Part shown: in pieces, positions 1-11,839 of the stretch
How positions within the stretch are numbered: position 1 is the first letter of the stretch
Layout of the letters: each line of letters starts with the position of its first letter
DNA from: Octopus vulgaris
Lineage: Eukaryota
Reading direction: 5' to 3'
Length of the DNA: 64,000 bases
Assembly (NCBI GenBank): GCA_951406725.2
Contig: OX597814.1
Span: 57,226,001 to 57,290,000, forward strand
Position numbers and translations under genes: made by a program
Notes under the pieces: generated by a model
Told to the model about the DNA's origin: nothing
Databases searched by the model: none
What the model saw: the letters and a program-made list of their open reading frames with translations, nothing else

Positions 1-360
1 GTATTTGCATTTATGTGTGTGTATGTGTATATGTGTGCGTGTGTATATACTATAATAATATTCTTGTGTTTTTCTCCGTCACAACATATGAATGAGAAAT
101 GAAAGGGTGACAGATGGATAAGGAAGGGGTGATGGCAAACTAGTAGCGGGAGCATTTTGACTCTGTGTGAGTATGTGTGTGTATGTAAAAAGGAGGTATG
201 TGAATATTTGCGTGTGTCTGCGTATGTGTGCATGTGTGTGTGCGTGCGTGCGTGTGCAATGGAAGTGAGAAGTTAAACATTCAACGCTGAAAAGTAATTC
301 AAACAGCGTTTCAACTATGTGTGAGTATATGTGTGTGCGTGTACAAGGGAAGCACGTGAA

Positions 361-736
361 TGCTTGTATGAGTGAACTAGCATTCTTTCAGTATCAAGCA
401 ATGATCAATGATCGATGTCACTTCTCAAAAGATAACCACTAGATAACATTGATAAGTATGTTAATTAGATTTGCCATCCATACTTATAGAAAGAAGCGTC
501 TGTGATGTGTGGTAGCGGGAATGTAATAATTTTAGCAGATGTTCTGATGGCGAGGTTAAAGAAGGCACTGCTGGTAACCAATGAATTATCAGCAGCTTTA
601 GTGGTGGGTGGTGGGAGTTGTTTTATATAAAAGCAAAAGGGTGCTAGCTAAGTGTGACAAGTGTTCCATACTACAGACAGGAAAATAGCAATTCTCCTCG
701 AGGTTACATATCCATTCTCGTTACAATTAGTTCGCG
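361..736 (+). promoter_or_regulatory. Proximal promoter and 5'UTR of gene A (TATA 624-633, CCAAT 578-582, WGATAR cluster 430-455)
   Basis: TATATAAAAG about 105 bp upstream of the ATG; CCAAT about 45 bp further upstream; the block is conserved in gene B. Confidence 0.75.
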
Positions 737-865
737 ATGTGTGATATCAATTGGAGTGAAGTTTTTGAAGAAATCGACACGAATGGCAATGGAGTAGTAG
801 AAGTGGAAGAGTTGTTCGATCATTTGTCAAAAGTATTTCCATCTATTTCCAGATATACTGTAGAG
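737..865 (+). CDS. EF-hand calcium-binding (calmodulin-like) gene A, exon 1 of 3; 138-aa product
   Basis: ATG at 737; encodes MCDINWSEVFEEIDTNGNGVVEVEELFDHLSKVFPSISRYTVE with canonical EF loop DTNGNGVVEVEE; ends GAG|GTTTGT (phase 0); paralog B has the same boundary. Confidence 0.9.
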
Positions 866-1162
866 GTTTGTAAAAGTTTTAATAGTTTTTCAGCTTTATA
901 TTTATATCACAAATACAAACATCGCTCATTACACAGTCACAAAACATACCTTCGAGCACCTTAAAACGCAAGTATTGAATGTGTATGTATGCACAGGTGC
1001 GTATACACACACATGCTCTCTCTCTCTCTCTCTCTAAAAATTTACCCAAACATATATATTACATATGCGTGTGTTTTTGTGTGTATATATACACACACGC
1101 ACACACACACACTGACTAATACAAAAGGAGTGGTACTGAACCAGTGCGAGTGTTAATAATAA

Positions 1163-1582
1163 TGACATAATGCCTCTCTCTAGACACACAAAAACTTTGT
1201 TTCAACACACAAATTCACATAAAAAAAACCTTGCAAACCAGATACAAAATGTAAAGCCCACTCTTTTGCGTCTTGGGCTTATCTGCCTCGACACTAGATA
1301 ATTCCGCACTGCTTTTCAAGTCATCGCAGAGAATGAACATGCTAGTTTGTTTATATATATGCGAAATTTTTTATATATATTTATAAAATAATGTTTCTTA
1401 AGCTTAAAGCTTATAAGCGATCACCGTATATTCACTAAAGAAAATAATCTAGTATTGAGGCATATAAGCCCTCAACGCAAAAGAGTAGGCTTTACATTTT
1501 TGCATCTGGTTTACAAGATCTTTTATGTGAATTTGTGAGTTGAAGCAATTTTGTTTGTGTGTCTACGGAGTGGCATTATGTC
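1163..1582. repeat. Inverted repeat (arms about 1163-1281 and 1465-1582), probably Penelope-like termini
   Basis: gacataatgcc...tgggctta is mirrored imperfectly by taagccc...ggcattatgtc; it abuts the Penelope-like endonuclease fragment. Confidence 0.7.
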
Positions 1583-2400
1583 AATTAGACTACTTCATGC
1601 GCTACTCCATTGTCTCCCGAGACAGAAAGGATGCCAATACCAATGCCAATACCAAACTATGGTACATGCCCTCATCTTTTGGAGGGTTCAGAATTCCACT
1701 TTAAACAGGGTGAAATATTTAAGATCAAATCAAATTTCACCTGTGCCTCGGGAAAATCTAATCTATGCCACAAAGAACAAATCCGCCACCCACAATACAG
1801 ACAGATACAGGTTAGTGAACACATAAAAAGATGTGCTAGGAAGCTTAATCCTAATTTCCTAATTTTCCCCTTCTATCAATTTTCACAGAACACCTCAGTA
1901 CAACAAATAATGAATAAATAGGCAACTTTCATCAATAAAATCTTCCACAACTCAATATGAACACATAACATAATACAAAACACTACTAACCTCTCAATTA
2001 ATACCACTAACCCCCATACATCCAATACACCATTCAAATTACATATCTATATCTACCCTAATTGCACCAAATCCAGAGCTACTTACCTCCCTTACACATA
2101 ATCATTTTACGCAGGGACTAGTAGACCTGATACCGTTCATTAATCGGTGTGCATTGAAAGCAAGGATTAGTAAATTCACGAAACCGGTTTGCTTATGAAT
2201 CTCTTTAACAATTCACAATAATATTTTTTTTTTACTTTTATTCCGACCTCAGTTCATCCAATTGTATATATCTAGCGCTACTTTTCATAAAAAGCGTTTA
2301 CTTTTTTGATTTTCAATGTGCATTTTCGCTTATTTTTCTTCTGACTTTTTCCTTACATTTCCACATGTAGTTTCTATTTTCTTTTTGTAACATATTTCTA
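1583..2400 (+). mobile_element. Penelope-like element 3' fragment (degenerate, internally deleted GIY-YIG endonuclease C-terminus)
   Basis: Translation GTCPHLLEGSEFHFKQGEIFKIKSNFTCAS/ENLIY...HKEQIRHPQYRQIQVSEHI resembles the Cys motif and GIY-YIG region of Penelope-like elements; a GAAACCGGTT motif follows downstream. Confidence 0.65.
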
Positions 2401-2402
2401 TT

Positions 2403-2441
<39 letters not shown>

Positions 2442-2557
2442 CCTGCTCGCGTAGCCAGCGGGGTGGCGTCATTTGAAGGCTAAAACAATGTGAAGCGCAT
2501 TTTGACCAGCGATGTGTAGCAACATCTGATAGCCTGGTCGATCACGGGGATCACGGT

Positions 2558-2935
<378 letters not shown>

Positions 2936-3406
2936 TGCGCATGCCCAGTGACGCACACGCATGCACACAAACAAACAAACAAAAATAACGTAATGCCGAT
3001 AACGAACACAGTCAACGACTACTGAAAAGGTAGCAAGACGCATCGAAAATTTTAGCAAAAGTAAATGAGTGAAAATGGAACCGGTGAGTGTGTTAAATTG
3101 ACAAGGTACTAAAAGAGAATGACTCCCTCCAGAGAATAATATATATATGTGTGTGTCAGTCTGTAATATATGCATGTGTGTGTCTGTGACTGTGTGTATG
3201 TGTGCAGGGTTGTGTGTATGTGTGTCTGTCTGTGTGAATTTGTTAGTGTGTGTATCTTGCGAGTATAATCTAGCTAGATAGGTTAAGTATTATCTCAGGG
3301 TCATTACTATTTTTCTAGTAAAGTTAAGATTTTTCATTAAACACAAATTCAAAAATCGAGAACAACTAACCAAATTTAATTTAAGCAAAGAAGCAAACCT
3401 GCGTGT

Positions 3407-3407
3407 T

Positions 3408-3457
<50 letters not shown>

Positions 3458-3480
3458 TACTATTATTATTATTATTATTA

Positions 3481-3535
<55 letters not shown>

Positions 3536-3551
3536 CATCATCATTATTATT
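3407..3551. repeat. (ATC)n/(ATT)n microsatellite
   Basis: Directly visible. Confidence 0.95.
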
Positions 3552-4107
3552 GAGTGAGAGAGCAGTGCATGCCATCAAAGTGACACTGGGGTAAAATATA
3601 CGAAGCCCAGTATACACATTATAACTACCCGTCTGTTAAGGATACGCCAGGCACATGCATCACAACCATATTTGCGCGACATAGTGATCTCATATCAAGA
3701 TAAACAGCGCATGACCTTGCAGGTTGGGCCCAGTTAGAATTTTTTTCAGGTCGAGTAGACCATCCCACTCAAAAGTTCCCTGAATAAGGATTGTTTAAGA
3801 ATGTTGAACGAACCACCAATGTTTCCAAAGGTGAATTATCCAAACCTCTAAGAATTCCTTTCAACACACGGCTATGATGCTCCCCCACTATTTCTGCTGG
3901 TGATCAGAGATGCACATATCGTCAGCCACTAAGGTACATGCTCAACTGGTTAAGGTCAAACAACTGACAAGCAGATTTGTCGTATTGAGCAGAATATTTG
4001 CTGTAGGCCGTCTTTTGTACCAAGACAAAACAATGTACATGATAACACTTCCAATCAGTTAAGATCAGAAGCCATGAGATCCACTGTCTAGTACTGCATC
4101 AGGGCAT
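3552..4107 (-). mobile_element. About 550-bp interspersed retroposon-like repeat ending in (AAT)n
   Basis: Homologous copies at 6097-6505 (opposite strand), 49874-50400 and partially at 42490-42645; the first three are flanked by AAT tracts. Confidence 0.7.
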
Positions 4108-4128
4108 AGTTCATTATTATAATTATTA

Positions 4129-4238
<110 letters not shown>

Positions 4239-4277
4239 TATACTGTTATCAATACCTCTGCTATTTTATTTCGACAG

Positions 4278-4363
4278 AGCGATTTGGAAGAATATGATAC
4301 AAACAAAGATGGCGAAGTTACCAAGGCTGAGTTCGTTCGAGCGATGTATAAGCGATATCTTCA
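4278..4363 (+). CDS. EF-hand gene A, exon 2
   Basis: Acceptor ttttatttcgacAG; encodes SDLEEYDTNKDGEVTKAEFVRAMYKRYL+CA with EF loop DTNKDGEVTKAE; donor GTAAGT; 86 bp (phase 0 to 2), same length as gene B exon 2. Too short to appear in the ORF track. Confidence 0.9.
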
Positions 4364-4407
4364 GTAAGTCCACACATTTCGTATCTTTTCATCGTATCTC
4401 TCATTTT

Positions 4408-4866
4408 GGATCTTTTCTTTTTCATGAGCAGCTCGATTAATTAATTTTCTTTAACTAAACACTTTGAAACTTCGTATACTGGTAGAATGTGTCATATAGA
4501 ATATCTTTTACTCTTAGCGTTGTTGAGAAAAGTTTCTATTTTCGAAGTTTTTTTAAGCTAAAACCAGTACAGACGCATAGATGATGTCATAAATAACAGC
4601 GACAAACGAAATATACACCGCCGGAAGTTGTTGTTGGCAAACAAAACAGCAGTAATTTTATTCAGCCGAATACACCTCATTGATTCGTTGAAATTACCGA
4701 AATACGACAAATTTAACACGAAATAACTTCGAAAATAAAAACTTTTCTCAACAATGCTAAGAGTAAAAGATGTTCTATATGACACATTCTACCAGTATAC
4801 GAAGTTTCAAAGTGTTTAGTTAAAGAAAATTAAACAATCGAGCTGCCCATGTAGAGGAAAAGATCC
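4408..4866. mobile_element. MITE with long (about 140 bp) terminal inverted repeats and a 7-8 bp target-site duplication
   Basis: Termini GGATCTTTTC...GAAAAGATCC; flanks cTCATTTT and tTCATTTT; a partial second copy lies at about 26580-26855. Confidence 0.85.
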
Positions 4867-5059
4867 TTCATTTTATTTCATAACTCCTACCATAATGATA
4901 CAGTTAAACATTTGTAATGAATTGGTGTAGTTGATTACATCGTAAACATATATAACAGAAACCTCATGTTATCCAGCCTCACGAACGAAAGTAAATATAT
5001 TAAAGGCTAGGTAACTTAGTTCGATGTTTGCTCGGTCATTTTCAATAATTATTTCTACT

Positions 5060-6059
5060 CTAGGCACAAGGCCTCGAAAATTTTTTGGAGAAGGGGCGAG
5101 TTGATTACATCAGCACAAATGTGTAACTGGAACTTATTTCATCGACCTCAAAAGGATGAAAGGCAAAGTCGACCGTTGCGGAATTTGAACTCAGAACGTA
5201 GCGGCAGACAAAATACCTATTTCTTTACTGCCCACATGGGGCTAAACACAGACGGGACAAACAAGGACAGACAAAGGGATTTAGTCAATTATATCGACCC
5301 CAGTGCGTAACTGGTACTTAATTTATCGACCCCGAAAGGATGAAAGGCAAAGTCGACCTCGGCGGAATTTGAACTCAGAACGTAACGGCAGACAAAATAC
5401 CAATAAGCCTTTCTCCCGGCTTGCTACTGATTCTGACAGCTCGCCGCCCTCGGTCAATTTCAATAATGTCGATGATGATAATGTTGATGATGGCTTTTAA
5501 TTCAGACACAGGACCGACGATGTTGTGGAATCGGCCGAGTGGATATCATCAATCTCATTACTGGACCGATACTTTATATTATGGAATTCAGAGCGATAGA
5601 AAACAAAGCTGACCTCGGTAAATAATAATAGCTGATTTCAAATTATGGCACATGGATAGCATGTTCGGGATATTGGATAAATCGATCACATGGGTCCCAG
5701 TGTTCAACTGATATTTACTTTATCGACTCGAAATGATGAAAGGCAATGTCGACCTGGGCGGAATTTGAACTCTGAACGTAAAGACGGATGGAATACTGCT
5801 AAATATATTGTTCGGTGTGCTAACGATTTCGGTAAATGATAATAAGCATTTCTGCTATAAGCATAAGGGCAGAAATTATTGGGGAGGGGGGATATTCGAT
5901 TATAGTGACCCCAGTACTCAGCTGGTACTTATTTTATCGACCCCGAAAGAATGAAAGGCAAAGTGGACCTAGACAGAATTTGAACTCAGAATATCAAGGC
6001 GGATGAAATTCAGCTAAGCATTTTGCCCGGGGTGCTAACAATTCTGCCAGCTCGTCGCT

Positions 6060-6060
<1 letters not shown>
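5060..6060 (-). mobile_element. Cluster of tRNA-derived SINE copies (consensus head AAGGCGGCGAGCTGGCAGAA...GAGTTCAAATTCC)
   Basis: Repeated core GGTCGACTTTGCCTTTCATCCTTTCGGGGTCGATAAA...GTACCAG with A/B-box-like head; many copies across the window. Confidence 0.8.
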
Positions 6061-6096
<36 letters not shown>

Positions 6097-6505
6097 GTTG
6101 TTTGACCTTAACCAGTTGAGCATGTCCCCTAGTGGTTGACGATATATGCATCTCTGATCACGAGCAGAATTAGTGGGGGAGCATCATAGCCTTGTGTTGA
6201 GAGGGATTCTTTGGGGTTTGAATAATTCACCTCTGGAAACGTGTTTTGTTCAACATTCTTAAACAACCCTAATTTAGTGACCTTTTAAGTGGGATGGGTT
6301 ACTCGACCAGAAGAAAATTCTAACTGGACCCCACTTGCAAGTTCATCTGCTGTTTATCTTGATATGAGATCTCCATGTCGCGCACATATGGTTGTGATGT
6401 ATGTGCCTGGTGTGCCCTTATCAGACGGGTAGTTATAATGGGTATACTGGGCTTCGTATACTTTACCCCAGTGTCACTTTGATGGCATGCACTGTTCTCT
6501 CACTC
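6097..6505 (+). mobile_element. Copy of the AAT-tailed repeat at 3552-4107
   Basis: Reverse-complement homology; flanked by (AAT)n on both sides. Confidence 0.7.
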
Positions 6506-6524
6506 AATAATAATGATAATGATG

Positions 6525-6590
<66 letters not shown>

Positions 6591-6594
6591 GTTC

Positions 6595-6982
6595 TTTCTA
6601 CTATAAGTACAAGGCCTGGTATTTTGTGGGTGGGGGACAATCGATCACATTCACACCAGTACTCGACTGGTACTTAATTTATCGACTCTGAAAGGAGTCG
6701 ACTTCGGCAGAATTTGATCTCAGAATGTAGCGTCAAGCGAAATACCTATTTCTTTACTACCCACAAGGGGCTAAACAGAGAGAGGACAAACAAGGACAGA
6801 TAAACGGATTAAGTCGATTATATCGACCCCAGTGCGTAACTGGTACTTATTTAATAGACCCCGAAAGAATGAAAGGCAAAGCCGACCTCAGCGGAATTTG
6901 AACTCAGAACGAGGCGACAGTTGAAATACCGCTAACCATGTCGTCCAGCATGCTAAAGATTCTGCCAGCTCGCCGCCTTAAA
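6595..6982 (-). mobile_element. tRNA-derived SINE, dimeric form
   Basis: Same consensus as 43126-43525. Confidence 0.75.
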
Positions 6983-7734
6983 TAATGTTTTCTTTTATTT
7001 TATTTTTAAAAGAGATATTTTATTTTTATCTTTAATTTTTCGCGGCATTTTGGCTAAGATCAAAATGCCACCTTAAATAACAACAACAACAACAATAATG
7101 ATAATGAAGGCCTTTCCCGTGGAAGGCGACGTGTGTTCAGTTTTTGCTGAACGAGCTGCACAAATGAATTGTTTATAGTGATCACATGTATGTGCTGTAC
7201 ATAAGCTCACTTCCTCCATCAAATCGATATCGCCAGTGCCGGTGCAAAAGTGTGTCACACGTCAGATGTCGAAATGATCGCAGAGCAACGTGAAAGGAAA
7301 TGTTTTGCTCAAGAACCCAACGCACCGCTCTTTCCGGGAATCGAAACCATGACCTAGCGTTCGTGAATGCCACCCTCACCGCTAGACTCTATATTGTTCA
7401 CAACGCCCCCCGCCCCCCAAAAAACATGGTGAATTTTATGTTGCATGCATACATAATGAACTTAAACACCTTTTCGTCTGAGTACTAGACCGCTGATCAA
7501 GAAATGTTGCGTAACCAAGAGTGCCTTCTGAATAAGACACAATTATATCCGCTTTATGTATTGTATATCACTTTATTATTAGAGGAAATTTCAAGGCAGC
7601 GAGCTGGTAAAACCGTTTGCACGCCGGGGAAAAATACTTAGCGGCATTTCCCCCGTCTATACGTTCTGTGTTCAAATTCCGCCGAAGTCGACTTTATCTT
7701 TCGAGTGCGATAAAATAAGAACCAGTTGAACACG

Positions 7735-8490
7735 TACTTTGCATGAAGATCTGCATTTTCACCCATACAAATTTGTCATTCGGCTACAGATGAAACCGCG
7801 GGACTATGCACAGCAGCTTAACTTCGCACGTCAGAGGGAAGCAATTTTGGGGGTAAATGACGGCCTCATTTTTTTTAATGAATGATGAAGCTCATTTTCA
7901 TCCCAATGGCTTGGCGAATCAACAGAACTATCGTTACTGAGTTCTTGATAATCCGAGAGAACTGCGCAAAAGATCACTGCACAGCCCAAAAGGGCCCGAA
8001 TTACGACGAAAACGTATGCCTATTCAACGTGTGTGGTTTCAACAGGATGGGGAGACGGTCCACACAGCCAGAGCATCAATGGACGTTCTTCGCCCTCTCA
8101 TTGGTGACCACCTCAACCCAGGTTTGCTAACATTCCTTGGCCCCTCGGTCCCTTGATTTGTCCACGAGTGATTATTTCTTGTGGGGAAACCTCAAGGCAC
8201 GTGTGTATGCGCATAAGCCCCGTACATTGGACGATTTGAAGGAAGCTCTTCGCATGCAAGTCGTCCAAATCGACAGAGCAATCTGGGAGAGAGTGGAGGC
8301 CAAAATCCAAGAACGATTTCAGAAATGTATCAATGAAAACGGACTACACATGATAGATGTTGTTTTTCATACTTAATTTTGACGAATGCTAATTCAATAT
8401 AAACACATTGATGTCAATAGAATTTGTTTGCACCTTAAATTAATGATTTTGTGAACTTTTCAAAAACGTCAGTCTCTCTGCCTCACCCTG
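7735..8490 (+). mobile_element. Tc1/mariner-superfamily transposon relic (degenerate transposase) in gene A intron 2
   Basis: Frameshifted WFQQDG...HTA and PRSLDLSTSDYFLWGNLKARVY motifs; ends CACCCTG followed by TA. Confidence 0.8.
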
Positions 8491-8733
8491 TACAAGCCTT
8501 TTCTACGTAAGGATTAGTAAAAATCAACCAATAAGTATTGAGTGTCTTCCCCATGAACTCGATTAAGTGTGGATGACAGTATTCAAACGACTTTCTTATA
8601 TCAACTAAATTTCACCCTATAAATTAAAAAAAACTGCTTACTTTGAATGAATTATTATTTTGTTGCTTTTCTAGAAATGACATAATTTTATATTGTTACT
8701 AATGCTGCTTCTCTCTTGTATTTCTTTATTCAG

Positions 8734-8935
8734 AGATCCTGATGATCTTGAGTTAGCTTTTAAGACATTTGACACTGACAATTCTGGTTATCTCAGCAAA
8801 GAAGAACTAACCGCGGCAATGAAAAAGATGTGTATGGATCACAGTAGTGAAAATATTCAAAAAATCATAACATCTGTCAGCAAAGATGATCAAATTGATT
8901 ACAAAGAATTTGTGAAGGCTGCTATGGAATTGTGA
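8734..8935 (+). CDS. EF-hand gene A, exon 3 (to stop codon)
   Basis: Polypyrimidine tract plus CAG acceptor; phase 2 matches exon 2; encodes DPDDLELAFKTFDTDNSGYLSKEE...IDYKEFVKAAMEL*; EF3 canonical, EF4 degenerate. Confidence 0.92.
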
Positions 8936-8978
8936 AGGCTGCTATGAACTCGTGAAACCTACTTATTTTGAGAGATAA

Positions 8979-8984
8979 AATAAA
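8979..8984 (+). terminator. Putative polyadenylation signal of gene A
   Basis: AATAAA 44 bp after the stop codon, followed by T/GT-rich sequence. Confidence 0.5.
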
Positions 8985-9629
8985 AGCAATGTAAACAATT
9001 ACTGCTGTTTAATTGGTTTTTCGTGAGCTATTTACATTTAGTTTGAAACATAAATTGCTTATATACATGTGTGTGTTAGATGATTTAGTTTTCTCTCAAA
9101 GATGGAAATTTTTCTCATGGGGATTAAACGAGTTTTTAGCATGGTTTAATATACGTTGAAACAAAATCTAACGTAACTATAGTTATATAAAGATTATTAA
9201 ACATTTAAAGGTTTCTATAAGGCAACAAAGAGGATATTACAACTGTCACATAGGCGCTGGAGACTGGTGTTTGCTGTCTTAGTAATTACTTAACAATCGT
9301 CATAATAAACGGAATGATGTGTGACTTAGGCTCTCTATTAATCTGGGCTACTATGATTTATTAAATCCCCAAGCACATCAAACGTGTTTGCATTGTGGAC
9401 CGTTCTTATTAAAATCCTTTCAGATTTGTTCTAAATATTTTCAGTAAGTAAACTAAAACGCGAGAGTGGCTGTGTGGAGAGAAGCTTGCTTGCCATCCAC
9501 ATGGTTCTGGGTTCATTTTCACTGCGTGACACCTTGGTAAGTGTCTTCTACCATAGGCTCGGGAGACCAAGATCTTGTGAGTGGATTTGGTAGGCGGAAA
9601 CTAAAAATAGTCTGTCGTATATATATATA

Positions 9630-9850
9630 GTCGCCATGTTAGATCGTTAGCTACTACACACATTTTTTTCTCTCCTTCTTTCTCTTCTTGTTTTTCTCTC
9701 CTTTTTGTTTCTCCTTGTTTTTTTTCTGTGTCCCTTTCTGTAGAAGAGTGTAGGCTCGAAACGTAAAAGACTTTTTTCTATTCCTGAGCGTTATACTAAT
9801 ACATCTGTTTATTTTGTACACCACTTGTCTTCGTCTTTTGTTTTTTTTTC
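9630..9850 (+). mobile_element. Penelope-like terminal repeat with a hammerhead-like motif (9738-9764)
   Basis: Homologous to 10920-11110 (-), 15490-15702, 28395-28585 (-) and 28975-29170. Confidence 0.6.
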
Positions 9851-9860
9851 TTTTTTTTTT

Positions 9861-10280
9861 AGGCGCAGGAGTGGCTGTGTGGTAAGTAGCTTGTCTACCA
9901 ACCACATGGTTCTGGGTTCAGTCCCACTGCGTGGCATCTTGGGTAAGTGTCTTCTACTATAGCCTCGGGCCGACCAAAGCCTTGTGAGTGGATTTGGTAG
10001 ACGGAAACTGAAAGAAGCCTGTCGTATATATGTATATATGTGTATGTATGTGTGTGTTTGTGTGTCTGTGTTTGTCCCCCTAGCATTGCTTGACAACCGA
10101 TGCTGGTGTTTTTACGTCCCCGTCACTTAGCGGTTCGGCAAAAAGAGACCGATAAAATAAGTACTGGGCTTACAAAAAGAATAAGTCCCGGGGTCGATTT
10201 GCTCGACTAAAAAAAAAGGCGGTGCTCCAGCATGGCCGCAGTCAAATAACTGAAACAAGTAAAAGAGTAAAAGAGTAAAC
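9861..10280 (+). mobile_element. CORE-like tRNA-derived SINE with an internal (TA/TG) tract
   Basis: Head GGAGTGGCTGTGTGGTAAG...GGGTTCAGTCCC; CORE-like CTTGGGTAAGTGTC; tail (TAAAAGAG)n; related copies at 9460-9620, 16520-16950 and 50890-51255. Confidence 0.75.
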
Positions 10281-10283
10281 TCT

Positions 10284-10343
<60 letters not shown>

Positions 10344-10919
10344 CTTCACAGACGGCCACAACAACATCAAGAACACGACTAATAACGACAGCAGCAGCGG
10401 CGGTAACAACAATGGCAATAATAACAACTACCATGATGGTAACATCGTGGACGATCACACAAATACAGACAGATACAGGAACTGTACCAAGTTTTCGGGT
10501 TCCGGGACAGCAACAGCATAACGGGGTGAGAGGATGGGGCTGAGCGGATGGCTATACTGCTGCTAATAACAATGACATACACATACACACACGCACACAC
10601 ATAAACAGAGACGCAAACGCATGCGCACGTATGGATACACATCATTGAAGAGCAGAATGGAGTAAGTGGAGCAAGAGCACACACGAAAACGAAAAGTTTG
10701 TCATAGAAAAATGTGTCACTGATGTATGACAAAAGATTTCCGGAAAATGGATATGTGTTAAAATAAGAGCAGTAATATACCAGTGAAGAAGAAATATATA
10801 GTGCGTGTGCTTCTTTGGCAAGAAAAGAAAACCCCCATCCCGAAATACAACGATATCTGTTTCAACACACGATTTCACATCAGGAGTCTTTCAACACAAA
10901 TTAATTAACGTATATATAT

Positions 10920-11110
10920 ATAGTTGGAATTTACAAAAAGCAAAAAACGAAGACAGGTGTGTAAACAACAAATACGTGTATTAGTTTAACGCTCGGGAAT
11001 GTGAGAAAGTCTTTTACGTTTCGAGCCTACACTCTCCAACAGAAAAGAACACGAGAAAATAAACAGAGCGAATAAACAAAAGAAAGCTTTAGTAGCTAGA
11101 GGTCAATCAT
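10920..11110 (-). mobile_element. Penelope-like terminal repeat
   Basis: Reverse-complement homology to 9630-9850. Confidence 0.55.
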
Positions 11111-11793
11111 GGCAATGGCTGGACAGAGGTGGTCAGACAGTAGAATTAGAAAGAAAGGGAAATGATAAAGTAGTGGTGATCCCAAATATATATATATATT
11201 ATAATAATAAAGGTTAAAAATCATTAATGATTTTTACCAGGTGATCAGCGCGGAAATAAAAACCTCATAGGCAAATATTACAAATATTTTATAATTTCAT
11301 ACATAATTATAACAAGGACTTGGCTGTGTACCTCACCACGCACTAAAAATAGACGTCAAAAGACACTATCACCACCATAAAATCTCCGAGAATAATACAC
11401 CACATAATAGGCTAGCAAAAGAAAGAAGATGAATTAAAACTTTCGGTTATCCACGTACAAGATCCTGTTTCCAGCTTAAAGTAAAAAATATTATCGAATG
11501 CTTTCATCAGTGACGGTATTCCATAGCGTAAATTCACGAGTGTCCATGAATATGTAAGCAAGGTACGACGTCGCTTAACTAATATCTATTCACACTCGTA
11601 AAAATATACTGCAAAGTCGAATTCACATCCTTCCTTTATACCAACGTGAAGTGTGTCGTTAATATAGTTTCGATCAAGGAGTTCCAGTTACGCCCCCCCC
11701 CATACATACATACATACATATATATAGATATAGATATATACACATATATATAGATATATACATATATATAATATATGTATATATATATGTATG

Positions 11794-11839
<46 letters not shown>

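Noticed and set aside
866-964. ORF-track extension of exon 1 (VCKSFNSFSALYLYHKYKHRSLHS...) conserved in both paralogs, suggesting 75-aa single-exon proteins
   Set aside because: It begins at a GT donor that splices in frame to exon 2 and completes a four-EF-hand protein. The conservation is nucleotide-level intron similarity. An intron-retained isoform cannot be excluded without RNA data.
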